Virus record (IMG/VR): IMGVR_UViG_3300020045_013707
Span: 1-37,068 of that record
Length of the DNA stretch: 37,068 nt
Direction: 5' to 3' (one strand)
Source of the DNA: a virus
Lineage: Duplodnaviria; Caudoviricetes
The notes beneath the pieces were generated by a model. It searched no databases. It was not told the origin of the DNA and saw nothing but the letters and a program-made list of their open reading frames with translations. A program made the translations under genes and the position numbers. Positions 1-9,500 of the stretch are shown here, one piece after another. The stretch's first letter is position 1; each line of letters starts with the position of its first letter.

Positions 1-73
1 GAGAGGCTCTTGAGTTTTATAAAACTCACGGAGAGTTTCGACCATACAATGCGCCTAGTTCAAATTTTGTTAT
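1..73 (+). repeat. Terminal direct repeat, left copy (circular-assembly overlap)
   Basis: Bases 1-73 are identical to 36996-37068, and an ORF reads in frame across the join. Confidence 0.95.
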
Positions 74-131
74 TGATGATTATGGCCAGACTGCCCGCCA
101 AGCCCTCGAACAAGCAGAGAAGAAACCATGA
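1..131 (+). CDS. 3' part of 110-aa hypothetical protein spanning the circular junction (starts at 36794)
   Basis: Manual translation ...REALEFYKTHGEF...GQTARQALEQAEKKP*. TGA at 129-131 overlaps the next ATG (ATGA). Confidence 0.8.
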   Translation, partial: EALEFYKTHGEFRPYNAPSSNFVIDDYGQTARQALEQAEKKP

Positions 132-247
132 AACCAAACACCTTGATCCTAATCACAATCCTACTCATCCTTACTCACTGTAATAGCGAGGTTTATCAGG
201 AGTGGGTTTGGAACCAATATATAAAAACCCAAGAAGGAGAATACTAA
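128..247 (+). CDS. 39-aa small membrane or lipoprotein-like peptide
   Basis: MKPNTLILITILLILTHCNSEV...EGEY*. Coupled to the upstream stop and abuts the ATG at 248. Hydrophobic N-terminus followed by Cys. Not in the ORF track. Confidence 0.6.
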   Translation: MKPNTLILITILLILTHCNSEVYQEWVWNQYIKTQEGEY

Positions 248-460
248 ATGGAAACCTATTTCCTCAACCTACTCATACTCTTGTGCGGATCAATGCCCGA
301 GCAAGAAAAAGCCCTCTGCATCTATGATATGGCTGTCTGTAGAGAAGAGATCAATCACAACTACGGCTATGAGACCGAGGCGCTGGCCTATGACCATTGC
401 CTCGTTGATAAATATTTGGGATACTTTAATTGGCCCCAAGCCCAGGAGACAAAAGAATGA
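248..460 (+). CDS. Hypothetical protein with hydrophobic N-terminus
   Basis: AAGGAG RBS upstream; tight operon packing. Confidence 0.7.
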   Translation: METYFLNLLILLCGSMPEQEKALCIYDMAVCREEINHNYGYETEALAYDHCLVDKYLGYFNWPQAQETKE

Positions 461-642
461 AAGTTAAAAGAGCATGGATTCACGAAAGCAAGTTTAGAGG
501 TCATCCTTTTTCTGGGTCCTACGAAAGAGACAAAGACGGGGAAAGACTCTTCGTTCTCACCAACCTTAAAGGCAAAAGAAAGATAAGCTTTGAGAGCCCC
601 TCTGCCGCGAAAAAGCTGGGATGGGTCAACACAATCCTTTAG
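457..642 (+). CDS. Hypothetical basic protein (start more likely 457 than 430)
   Basis: AGGAG at 444-448 and ATGA overlap with the upstream stop; MKVKRAWIHESKF... Confidence 0.7.
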   Translation: MKVKRAWIHESKFRGHPFSGSYERDKDGERLFVLTNLKGKRKISFESPSAAKKLGWVNTIL

Positions 643-881
643 AGAATACTAATACTCTCTATCCAGCCCGCAGGAATGACCATAACCAAACAACACTTCT
701 CATTAGAGGTGTCGAGTGTTTGAGCCACAGTCACATTGCCATCATCTTTAAGAAGAAAGCCCACAGTAACTATCCTTGCGGGCTCATGGTTGACCTCCGT
801 AATACTCTCCCAAGGGTCATAAGAAACAGCGTCGTGCCACACAACCTTAACTATGGGAAAATCCTTCTCTAGCCTTTCCAT
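639..881 (-). CDS. Small conserved phage protein of unknown function
   Basis: V-x-W-x-D-A...TVGFLL...AQT...IP-x-GWI pattern that I recognise from small phage proteins; overlaps the phosphoesterase stop. Confidence 0.75.
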   Translation of the reverse strand: MERLEKDFPIVKVVWHDAVSYDPWESITEVNHEPARIVTVGFLLKDDGNVTVAQTLDTSNEKCCLVMVIPAGWIESISIL

Positions 882-1570
882 CTTCCTCTCCCGTCAACAT
901 TCATCCTCAATATATGAGGGATTGAATCTTGGATAGCTAGGCTCCCCAAGAGCGGCTTCTGGAGATTGTTCTTAGCGTAAGCCTGAGCCAAAGACTTAAC
1001 GTCAACTAGACAGCCCGTGAAAGCCCCAAACATGGTCTGATGTCCCGATGTCCAGTATTGAACCGATTGCTTGTTGTGATGATGCCCAAAAACGACATTC
1101 ATCCCCAGCATTTGGGAAGCTCGCATGACGTCCGAAGACTTTGAGTGATGTAAATAAAGCTTCTGTTTGTTGGGGAGATCCAAGGTTAGCTCGTGATGCC
1201 ACGAAAACCCCTCGCCAACATTCCAAACGTCTCTATAATCCTTAATAAAAGCCGAAGGAAGGCCCGCGCTTTGAGCCTTTCTATACTGTAAACTTCCATG
1301 ATTGCTCTCCAGGATGTCGATCTCCGGAAAGATCTCCTCAAGCCGCCACATACACTCTTGAGCGCGAAGGAACTCGTCGCCTCCGCCCATCAATTCACTC
1401 GACTTTTCGTGGAAGCTCCATCCTTGCCCATCAATTTCATCACCAATAGAAATCACCTTGTCCGGCTTATAGCGAGACTTCATGGCAATCAAAAACTTAA
1501 AGGTGTCTGGATGATGATAGGGAAAGTGGAGATCGCCGATAACAAGAATAGATCTGTACGTCTTGCTCAC
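869..1570 (-). CDS. Calcineurin-like metallophosphoesterase
   Basis: Motifs GDLH, GDEID, SNH (GNH variant), HH and GHHH in canonical order. Confidence 0.9.
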   Translation of the reverse strand: MSKTYRSILVIGDLHFPYHHPDTFKFLIAMKSRYKPDKVISIGDEIDGQGWSFHEKSSELMGGGDEFLRAQECMWRLEEIFPEIDILESNHGSLQYRKAQSAGLPSAFIKDYRDVWNVGEGFSWHHELTLDLPNKQKLYLHHSKSSDVMRASQMLGMNVVFGHHHNKQSVQYWTSGHQTMFGAFTGCLVDVKSLAQAYAKNNLQKPLLGSLAIQDSIPHILRMNVDGRGRWKG

Positions 1571-1576
1571 AAAAAT

Positions 1577-1604
1577 AGTGTAATGGTTTAAGGCTAAAAG
1601 TCTA
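1577..1604 (-). promoter_or_regulatory. Candidate promoter for a leaderless phosphoesterase mRNA
   Basis: TAGACT-16nt-TACACT, then 6 nt to the GTG start; no SD present. Confidence 0.35.
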
Positions 1605-1609
1605 ACTAA

Positions 1610-1628
1610 AGTCTGTGCAACACAGACT
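1610..1628 (-). terminator. Hairpin after the LamG gene, possible terminator
   Basis: Perfect 8-bp stem AGTCTGTG/CACAGACT with 3-nt loop; weak U-tail. Confidence 0.45.
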
Positions 1629-2403
1629 AAAGACCTTTTATTACCCGACCGCCGCCCGTAGCCGCTGGACCCGTATAAGGAGTCGATAAAAGATACTTGG
1701 TCCTTGATGCGCCGTTAAGAGAGCCCGTTGTGCTATCCCTAAAGGTCACACTCGTTGGATCAATGACCGTGTTGTACCAGGCAAACTCGTCACACCAAGA
1801 GTCAGTATTGTTAATGTTCTCGCCCCCGCCAAGGCATAAAAAGGCCCTGAATGGAACTGGGTTCGGCAGCACTCTTGTTGCTGTAAAGTTTGCGACATTC
1901 ACAGCGTCGATATAAAACTTTACCGCATTCGCAGTTGTAGTTCCGTCCCAAGTGACACACATATCATACCAAACACCCGTCGTTGGAGCCCATGTGTAAA
2001 TGTTTGAGGTCAGACACACTTGCCCCGTGGCATTGGTCGCATTCATTGTCATTTGCTGCGCACCATTGATACTGAGCTGATATTGGTTAATGAAGAGCCT
2101 AAATGGCCCGCCGCTTGAAAAGAGGCCCTGTACTGTCGCTGCCGGATAGGTGTTAAACCTCACCCTATAAACTATGCTATTTGTAATTGCTGTGGGAGAG
2201 TTTTCCCAGCCCTCATAGATTAGCTGGCCAAATCCATAAGCTCCCGCATTACCTAATTGAATAGCTGTAGCCCCGTTAATCGCACTCAGGTTAGCGGTTA
2301 GTGCCGCTGCCCCCGCAACAATGGGAACTTCTCCGGCCCCTTGCGAAACCCTCGCATTAATTTGCTCACCCGTAACGTGGAAAAATGGTTCACCCGTTGC
2401 CAT
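1627..2403 (-). CDS. LamG/concanavalin-A-like domain protein (putative carbohydrate-binding virion protein)
   Basis: WYDMCVTWDG...VKFYIDAV...LGG...WCDEFAWYN matches the Laminin_G_3 pattern; Thr/Gly/Ala-rich. Confidence 0.8.
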   Translation of the reverse strand: MATGEPFFHVTGEQINARVSQGAGEVPIVAGAAALTANLSAINGATAIQLGNAGAYGFGQLIYEGWENSPTAITNSIVYRVRFNTYPAATVQGLFSSGGPFRLFINQYQLSINGAQQMTMNATNATGQVCLTSNIYTWAPTTGVWYDMCVTWDGTTTANAVKFYIDAVNVANFTATRVLPNPVPFRAFLCLGGGENINNTDSWCDEFAWYNTVIDPTSVTFRDSTTGSLNGASRTKYLLSTPYTGPAATGGGRVIKGL

Positions 2404-2639
2404 TACTTATTATCCAAGAACTGAACTAACCCATTAGCAAGGTTGTAACTTTGATTCTCAGCCTGAACAGCACTCATCTTTTCACTGATAAACTTAATCA
2501 TCTCAAGATCTCCTGCCGCTGTAGAAATTTCCTCAGCAAGACACAGCATTTGCATCTTAATCTCAAAACGCTTTGGCCCCTGAATCTTGTTGGCCTCTTT
2601 TAACATCTTATTTATAGCGCCCTTTTTGGTCTCAAACAT
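2403..2639 (-). CDS. Hypothetical protein
   Basis: Stop/start overlaps on both sides. Confidence 0.7.
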   Translation of the reverse strand: MFETKKGAINKMLKEANKIQGPKRFEIKMQMLCLAEEISTAAGDLEMIKFISEKMSAVQAENQSYNLANGLVQFLDNK

Positions 2640-3898
2640 CAGTCCATTCTCCCGTCAGCAATAATCTTTTTCCCGCGAATTATATCATCAGCAATAGAGT
2701 GAAGCTCTTTTAATTCTGCCGACGTGTACTCTATTTCCTTAGTCGAGCGACGAATATCCACTAGCCTTGATGGACTGTAAACAGAAATACAGAACTCATC
2801 GTTCTGATTTCCCCCCAAGCAAACAAGACTTCCGTCCTCATTGATCTTTAAAAGAAAAGTAACGTGCCCGCTACCAGAACCAATTGCTCCGCGCTCAAAA
2901 ACAACTATGTCGCCAGGCGCCCAGCCAGACTTAAGAACACTCTTTCCCCAAACCTTGTAGCTTAAAGCCATAAGACTTGAAGTGTGCTGCATACCGCACT
3001 TCTTTAACACGAAGGCCACTGCCGCCGCACACCATGGAATATCGTCCTTAAAGGGAGAAGATCCTGAAGAAGATGCTGCGTCGAAATATTCCTCAATTCT
3101 TGGATTAGAAGCTGGGCCTGAAATCTCTTTCACCCCAATTTCTTCAGAGGCAGCAATAAGGATTTTCTTGTTTCTCGAAAGGTTTAAGATATCTTGAGCT
3201 ATGGGTTCAGACTTCTTACCAAAGAAGGCAGAGAAGAAACTAAGGAAAGCAAGCCAAGCCGCCTCGAGTGCCGCATTTAACTCTGGGCTCTCGTCAACGA
3301 TAGGGAAGTCACTTAGGTCGGAAGCAGGTGTAACGTCAAAAGAAGCATCACTAGCCACCAAAGACTCATAAACAGCAAAACACCCAGGACTTCCATCAAC
3401 CGAATCAGAATTAAACAAACCATCTCTAACATATTTCCCCCGAGTATAGTGGTTAGTAAACGACCAAACATAGGGAGCGTTAATGTTGCGCTGCCTGTAG
3501 CCAAATCCATTATACCTCTCCCACTCGAAAATCATACGCTCTAGGGTCCAGCTCTTAACCTTATCCATTCCCACTAACCTTAAAGCATCAATGGCACCCT
3601 CGGCCCAACTAGAGAACGGGCCGCGTCCCTTCGGAACTAGACTGGTTACTTTGGTCAGCGGTTGACCGTTCCCTAGGTAGGCGCTGAACTTGCCAACGTC
3701 AGGACCATTTTCTCTTAAGTGAATCATCGCAACAAAAGCCGCAGGACACCCCGTGGCTCTTGAGACCTCAAGGTATTTCTCTTTATGCTCAATGATCTTT
3801 GGAATGATATTCTTGTCGTACCAAGCTGTGCTCTTGGTTATTCTGCATGACTTAAGTAGGACTTCTATTCTCTGTTTTTCTTTATCGTCAAAGACCAT
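2639..3898 (-). CDS. Endolysin: N-terminal lysozyme-family domain plus C-terminal TIGR02594/NlpC-P60-like peptidase
   Basis: IHLRE...LGNGQPL...VPKGRGPF...ERYNGFGY...YVWSFTNHYTRGKY, then EIGVKE...NPRI...PWCAA...GHVTF...LGGNQ. Confidence 0.88.
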   Translation of the reverse strand: MVFDDKEKQRIEVLLKSCRITKSTAWYDKNIIPKIIEHKEKYLEVSRATGCPAAFVAMIHLRENGPDVGKFSAYLGNGQPLTKVTSLVPKGRGPFSSWAEGAIDALRLVGMDKVKSWTLERMIFEWERYNGFGYRQRNINAPYVWSFTNHYTRGKYVRDGLFNSDSVDGSPGCFAVYESLVASDASFDVTPASDLSDFPIVDESPELNAALEAAWLAFLSFFSAFFGKKSEPIAQDILNLSRNKKILIAASEEIGVKEISGPASNPRIEEYFDAASSSGSSPFKDDIPWCAAAVAFVLKKCGMQHTSSLMALSYKVWGKSVLKSGWAPGDIVVFERGAIGSGSGHVTFLLKINEDGSLVCLGGNQNDEFCISVYSPSRLVDIRRSTKEIEYTSAELKELHSIADDIIRGKKIIADGRMD

Positions 3899-3907
3899 TT
3901 AACACCC

Positions 3908-4243
3908 CTAGAGCTTCTTTAAAGCATCATCAATTGCAAAGAACAAACCGTCAAGAGCGCCAACTGACTCCTTGCATTTAGTGGTTATACAGTTCTTAAG
4001 CACTGTCTCTTTTAAAATAGCCCAGTCCTCAGGAAGAATAACTATGCCGCGCTTTTTTACTTCATTCCACTTCTCGGCAGGAATAATGACCTCTTTCTTT
4101 GAGACCGTATAAATACCAAAGCCGTCTTGTGATGCGGGAAGGGTTATGTGTGCTTTGAAGTTAGGGATCTCGGTTGTCGCGCAGGAAATTAAACTAAACG
4201 AAAGTGCCAAACTTCCTAAAAGCTGCCTTGATTTTCTCATCAA
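3908..4243 (-). CDS. Lipoprotein, probable o-spanin (Rz1-like)
   Basis: Signal peptide with lipobox LISC; overlaps the 3' end of the upstream gene; adjacent to the endolysin. Confidence 0.6.
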   Translation of the reverse strand: MMRKSRQLLGSLALSFSLISCATTEIPNFKAHITLPASQDGFGIYTVSKKEVIIPAEKWNEVKKRGIVILPEDWAILKETVLKNCITTKCKESVGALDGLFFAIDDALKKL

Positions 4244-4547
4244 TCTGATCCTTCTGTTGTTTAGTTAAAGGCTCTTTTGTATTGAGAATAAGGTTAAAAG
4301 CCTCGTCGAAAGCCTTGTTGTAGTCTTTCTTCTCTTGCAAAATAAATATTTTATTAAGGCCAATGTTAGCCAGGGCAAGACCCTGGTTAACGAGCCATGT
4401 GCTGAACTTCTCAATGAAGAAGAAAACGAGCTTTCCAAGAAAGCCCGTCGTCATAAAAGTAGTATTTGGATTCGACGCCAAGGCAGCAAAAATCATGGTG
4501 GCATTATACTTAGATATGCCTTCAAACTGATTCTTTACCTCGGCCAC
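4194..4547 (-). CDS. Membrane protein, possible i-spanin or holin
   Basis: Hydrophobic N-terminal half and charged helical C-terminus; 50-bp overlap with the lipoprotein gene. Confidence 0.45.
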   Translation of the reverse strand: MAEVKNQFEGISKYNATMIFAALASNPNTTFMTTGFLGKLVFFFIEKFSTWLVNQGLALANIGLNKIFILQEKKDYNKAFDEAFNLILNTKEPLTKQQKDQIDEKIKAAFRKFGTFV

Positions 4548-4550
4548 GAA

Positions 4551-4778
4551 TTAACCTTCTTGTCCGTCGATTTTATCAACGTGCAAAAGAATCTGACCCT
4601 TAATTAGTGGATATACAGTCTTGAACATATTGTCATACATATTTTCAGACATATCAGCAGACTCTTCAAGCCAAGCAAATACGGCATTAACGATTTCATA
4701 AGCTGCGTCCTCAGCGATAACAATACCTTTGTCTTGAAGTTTAGCAGCGATGTCACTCAAATCATAAGCTTTTACCAT
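4551..4778 (-). CDS. Hypothetical acidic protein in the lysis cluster
   Basis: Strong RBS AAGGGGAG; operon packing. Confidence 0.75.
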   Translation of the reverse strand: MVKAYDLSDIAAKLQDKGIVIAEDAAYEIVNAVFAWLEESADMSENMYDNMFKTVYPLIKGQILLHVDKIDGQEG

Positions 4779-4794
4779 TTTGTTTTCTCCCCTT

Positions 4795-5130
4795 TTAGTT
4801 AGTTACTTGAAGCAAGTATGTCACAAGTATATCCGAGCCCGTTGGCGACGCAACATAAATGGTCGATGCGTCGATAAGGCTAGCTATTCCTCCAGCTCCA
4901 TTTCTCCAGCGAGTCTTGGCCTCAAAGGGAATGGTCTTTGAGATAGCGCGACCGTTCTTATTTGTCGTCGTCACGTCACTGGCACCCACCCACGCCGCCT
5001 CTTCGGCTGAGTCCTCATGGACCTCAACACTTATAGAGTAAACATAGGTCGCGTCGTCAAAGAGAGGAACCCCGTCGCCGTCAGCGGTGGTTATAATTTT
5101 CGTTCTGTATTCAATGCTCGTTAATGCCAA
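4795..5130 (-). CDS. Small beta-rich putative virion protein
   Basis: TTG start with GGGGG RBS; WVGASDVTT...G and IYV patterns; follows the tail fibre. Confidence 0.6.
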   Translation of the reverse strand: MALTSIEYRTKIITTADGDGVPLFDDATYVYSISVEVHEDSAEEAAWVGASDVTTTNKNGRAISKTIPFEAKTRWRNGAGGIASLIDASTIYVASPTGSDILVTYLLQVTN

Positions 5131-5138
5131 AATTCCCC

Positions 5139-6497
5139 CTAGTCTGTGTAGTCGCCAATTCTTGCAATGGTAACGTGAGTTGTTGTAATGCCCGTGGAAA
5201 TCGTGTGTGTCTGGCCCGTAAGGTTAGATCCAACGAAACTAATGTAATCACCCTTTGCCAACTTAAGTACCGTTGAGCCAATACAGTTTTTGGGAATGCT
5301 GGCCGTAACAGTTGCATAGCCATTTGTGATATAGGTTGATGCCGCGCCACCGTTTAGCGAAAGCCTGACCCCGAGCCAACTATTAATCGCAGCAGCGGTC
5401 GCCGCCGCCGTATTAAGAAAAATATTAACTTGATAAAGGCCCCTAGCTTTGGCTGTATATTTCCAGCTTGCGCCCGTTGTAACTGAGTCCGTTGTGTCAT
5501 ATTCAACAGTGTCAAAATCAATAACTGTGCCAGTCACAAGATTTTGTCCGCCCGTATTAACATAGCATCTTGCTGCGGGAGCCAGGTCGCCAAAGTCGTG
5601 AGTAACCATGTCCCACGTGGAACCAGAGTTAGCCATCAAGACATATCTTTCTCCAGCAACTTGCATGGTTACGTTAGAGTAACCTTGAATAGAATTTCCA
5701 GCCGCTGCCTGAATGGTCACAGTGTAGTCAGAATCATTGGAGCTTTTTCTCAGAACTAAGATGTCACCAACATTGAGATTGTTAACGTCAGTAAGCTCTA
5801 AAGTATAATCAGCCGAAGCCGCTGTAAAAAAAACGTGTCTTTCGTTAAGGCCAACATTTGAAGCCGCCGCAGTATAGGTCTCGAAAGTCGTCTTAAGATC
5901 AACAATGTCCTCAACTCGATCAACATAAGCCTTAACGCTTTGCTGAGTGGGAACGGCAACGGCAGAGTTTGAAGCCATGTTATCTTCGTCAAGAACTGGA
6001 GTGCCTGTGTCGAGCGTGCTTGTAGAATAGTTTGCTATGTTTCCACCCGCACCCCAACCAAGAAGCTCTCCGTCTACAGGATCTGGCAATACAGGCTGAT
6101 CTTGATCGGTCGTCTTTCTTAGCGCAGGGACTCTGTTTATTTGTTCCTCAAGCTGTTGAGTGAGCATTGTCACGCGGTCTGCAATCTGCTCAATTGTGGC
6201 CGCAGGAGTTGCACCCTTTGAAATCGTGTCGGGCTGAGTGAATGGAATGTTCTTTAATATGTAAATCTCTTCGTCAGCCGTTGGCGCGGTCGTCATTGTG
6301 ACTGTTCCACCCTCTCCTGAATTTAAAGTCACAGAGTAGTGAGAACCGAGAGTCTTTACTGTCTCAGTTAAGAGAACTGTATCATAGACAATAACCTCAA
6401 CCTGAGAGGTCGCAAAGACCTTGAACGGGAAGGTGAATGCTACCGTGGCGTCGTCGCCAGCATAACCAATCTTACTCGTTGTGTTTGTGATTCCCAT
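5139..6497 (-). CDS. Tail fibre protein (T7 gp17-like N-terminal anchor, C1q-like C-terminal domain)
   Basis: N-terminal YAGDDATVAFTFPF...IEQIADRVTMLTQQL; repeat-type motif VLDEDNMASNSAVAVPTQQSVKAYVD; C-terminal IDFDTVEYD...YTAKARGLYQV...LKLAKGDYI. Confidence 0.85.
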   Translation of the reverse strand: MGITNTTSKIGYAGDDATVAFTFPFKVFATSQVEVIVYDTVLLTETVKTLGSHYSVTLNSGEGGTVTMTTAPTADEEIYILKNIPFTQPDTISKGATPAATIEQIADRVTMLTQQLEEQINRVPALRKTTDQDQPVLPDPVDGELLGWGAGGNIANYSTSTLDTGTPVLDEDNMASNSAVAVPTQQSVKAYVDRVEDIVDLKTTFETYTAAASNVGLNERHVFFTAASADYTLELTDVNNLNVGDILVLRKSSNDSDYTVTIQAAAGNSIQGYSNVTMQVAGERYVLMANSGSTWDMVTHDFGDLAPAARCYVNTGGQNLVTGTVIDFDTVEYDTTDSVTTGASWKYTAKARGLYQVNIFLNTAAATAAAINSWLGVRLSLNGGAASTYITNGYATVTASIPKNCIGSTVLKLAKGDYISFVGSNLTGQTHTISTGITTTHVTIARIGDYTD

Positions 6498-6500
6498 CCT

Positions 6501-9500
6501 CTACCCCTCTTGATTTGTATCTTGAATTTCACCCGAAATATCACTAATAAACAATTCTTTTTCTTCCTGGCGGCGTCTAGTAAGACCTCGACTAACCAAA
6601 TGTCTGCCCGTCCACTTTTTATTCTTGATCTCTTTAACCTTGTTCCATCGCTCAAACTCTTCAGCAGCACCCTCTAAGTCTCCAGAATTAAGCAGACTTA
6701 ATATCTTTGATCTTTTGAACTCATCATCGCCGATATTATAAACCAGGGAAGCAAGAGCTACCTTTTGTTTGTCAGTGAGATCTACTTTAACCAGACTCTC
6801 CACAACTCCTGTAAATTTCTCTATGTCCCTATTAAAATAATCAGTCGCTTCTTTCTCGGTTATTGGAGCGTCACCCATTTGAACGCGCTCACCATTAGGA
6901 TAAACCGTTGTGCCGTAACCTATGGTAGCGACACCCGCCTCATCCTCGTATGGCTCTAAAGATAGACTTTCTCTCTCAGCAATGAAGCTTGCGGCTTGGT
7001 CTTTCCATTCGGCAGAATTGTTGGATTGTGGCGGAATAGCGCCCTCGGCGTCTTCTTTAAAAAGATCTAAAAATTTTTGGTACTGTTCATCAAAACTTTC
7101 TTTTATAAGCTCGGGGTCAGAGTCTTCAAAAGATTCTCCAGGCCTCCACCAAAACTCTTGATTGCTCTCTCTTAACATAGACTTTTCAGCTCTTCTTAGT
7201 CTCTTGTCAAAATCAGGGTCTAGCATTTGCTGCACAGCATTTGAAAAGGTTCGGTCAAAGGCTGGCCCAAAATAAAAAAGATTACTAAAGGGAACGTAAG
7301 GCTCAAGGGTTTTGAACGCCTTTGCCAAATGTTTTTCTCCGCTATACTTTGAGTCTTCATCAAAAAGAGAATCGAAAGCCTTCCACCCATCCTTAATAAG
7401 AAGATCCCAAAAAACTTTTTTTCCAAAATCAAACATAGGCGAACCAAGCAAATCGTTGTCGTTCCACCGCAAGTCTGGGAAAAGAAGGTCACTAAAAATA
7501 GTAGCTCCGCCGCCTCTTGCGGCACTTCTTCTCCAAAACTGAGGGTTGTCCCAGTCTTCAAACGTCTTACCCTTTAACAGGTTGTGAAGCTGAATAATCA
7601 TAGCCGAAACTAAGGTTGTGCCAGCAAGAATCCCCCCAATAGCAAGACCGCCCTTCATTACACCTGAGGCCCCGTCAGCTTGTATTCGCCTAATCTCTGG
7701 CATAATGTGATTCATGTGCGCTGAGATAAGAAAGTTTTTAAACATAAAGACTGACCCAGCGGAAATCCTACTCACCTGACCTGGCTTTCCTCCACCCTCA
7801 ACAAGTCCTCCGCCAGAAACAATGCCCCTTGAAACAAGATTTCCCTCGTTTGAAGACTTGCCTCGCAAATTATATATCCACGCCTCAACAGAGTCGGCAA
7901 ACTGATTGCGCCCTTCGGCTCTCAGTTTTGGAATATTTAGCATTTGAAGCGGACCATAATTAATAAAATAATCATCCCCGATAAACTTTGAGTCGTTTAA
8001 AAACGCAGACTCCCATGTCTCCTTGGTCATTCCATATTGAGACAAAGACTCTCTCATCATTTTTGGCAAATCAGTCCAGCTTGAGCGCGAATACCTTGCC
8101 ACCGAAGACAGCCCCTCAACAGTGACCGCAAGCTTTGTTGATCTTGTCCAAAGTGCTAACCCAGAAAACGTATTAATTAGTCCGAAAAGATGATTTACGC
8201 TTCCGCCAATTTTAGTTATGTCGCCAGAAAACCTAGCGTCAGCCATGGTCGCGCCGTTAACAATGTCCGCAGTAAAACCAGCCGCACGAGCCAAAGACTT
8301 GTCGAGCCCAGTAAGGGGAGCCGATCCAGCAAAAATAGCCAAATGATTAACCATAGTACGGGTGGCAGAAAGACCATTAAGCCGAGCTGTGTTTGCAGAA
8401 AAAACTAGGTCAGAAACTGAGGATAATAGTGTTCCTCCAAGAAGCGCCGCCCGCTGTAAGCCGCTGGTCCCAGAATAAATTTTCCATGGAATACCAGACA
8501 TATCTTTTTCTGAAACACTCCCACTAGACATGAGCATTGAAAAAAGATTTTTATTAAACGTGGCAAGATAAGGCGGCATTCCGTCTTTAACACCAAGGTC
8601 GTTTATAAGGTATTGAGCGCCGATTTTAGGCCTGGGTCCCAGCCCCTCCATGATAGCGATGTCTTTTGAAAGAGATTTAGCGTGGGTGAGAAAAAGATCA
8701 ATTGTTCCTTTCTCTCCATCCCCATACTTGTTATTATAGTCCATCCACGCTTGACCGCTTTTAAACTTATAAAATCTAGCGTGGGTTCGCTTTAGCTCGA
8801 TGTCGCCCCGCTTGCCAGAAACGACAACCTTTGCCGACCCCTCATCAATAGTCTTTGCAAAATAGTTATCGCTATCAATGTCATCAAAGTTCTGACGAAT
8901 AACTTTCATTAGCTTATCGGGATCAAATGGCATTCCCGTATCGCCGTCGATCATTCCCTCAACGTCTAGGCTGTTAAATAAAAAATTAGACCATTCATCT
9001 TTCGCCGCGAGTCTTTCCTCGGGAGATACCGCTCGACCAAGAAAAGCTCCACTCGGAACAATCCTTTCTCTCCTATGTCTTGTCGGGAAAAAACCCTTTA
9101 TCTCGCCGATGATTCCGCCAGCCTGACGGTAGCGAGAAAGAAGATATTGTAAGGCCCCAGAAATAGCATTAGACGCTTCGTCGTCAGCCTCTTGGTCGAT
9201 AACCTTGATAACAGCTTTATTAAAGTCATAATGATTGCGCACCAAAAAAGAAAACCTTGGCGAAATCATGTCAAATATCTTGTTGAACTTTACAAAAGTC
9301 TCGTTCTCAACGGCCTCAACTTTGTCACTTATTCTTTGTAAAACTTCTCCAACCTTGTAAGAAGCGGGGCCATTGATTTTGTTGTATGTGTTTTTAATAT
9401 CTTTTAGTTTTTTAACCTGGCGAATATCATTTAAAGCTCTCTGATACGCGATCTGGGCTTTAACAGAAATTATTTTTTCGGCGGCAGACGCGGCTCCCTC

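Noticed and set aside
1-73. 73-bp repeat as a biological terminal repeat
   Set aside because: It falls in the middle of an ORF, which is typical of assembler overlap on a circular contig
5139-6497. Diversity-generating retroelement as in BPP-1
   Set aside because: No reverse transcriptase ORF and no template/variable repeat pair seen
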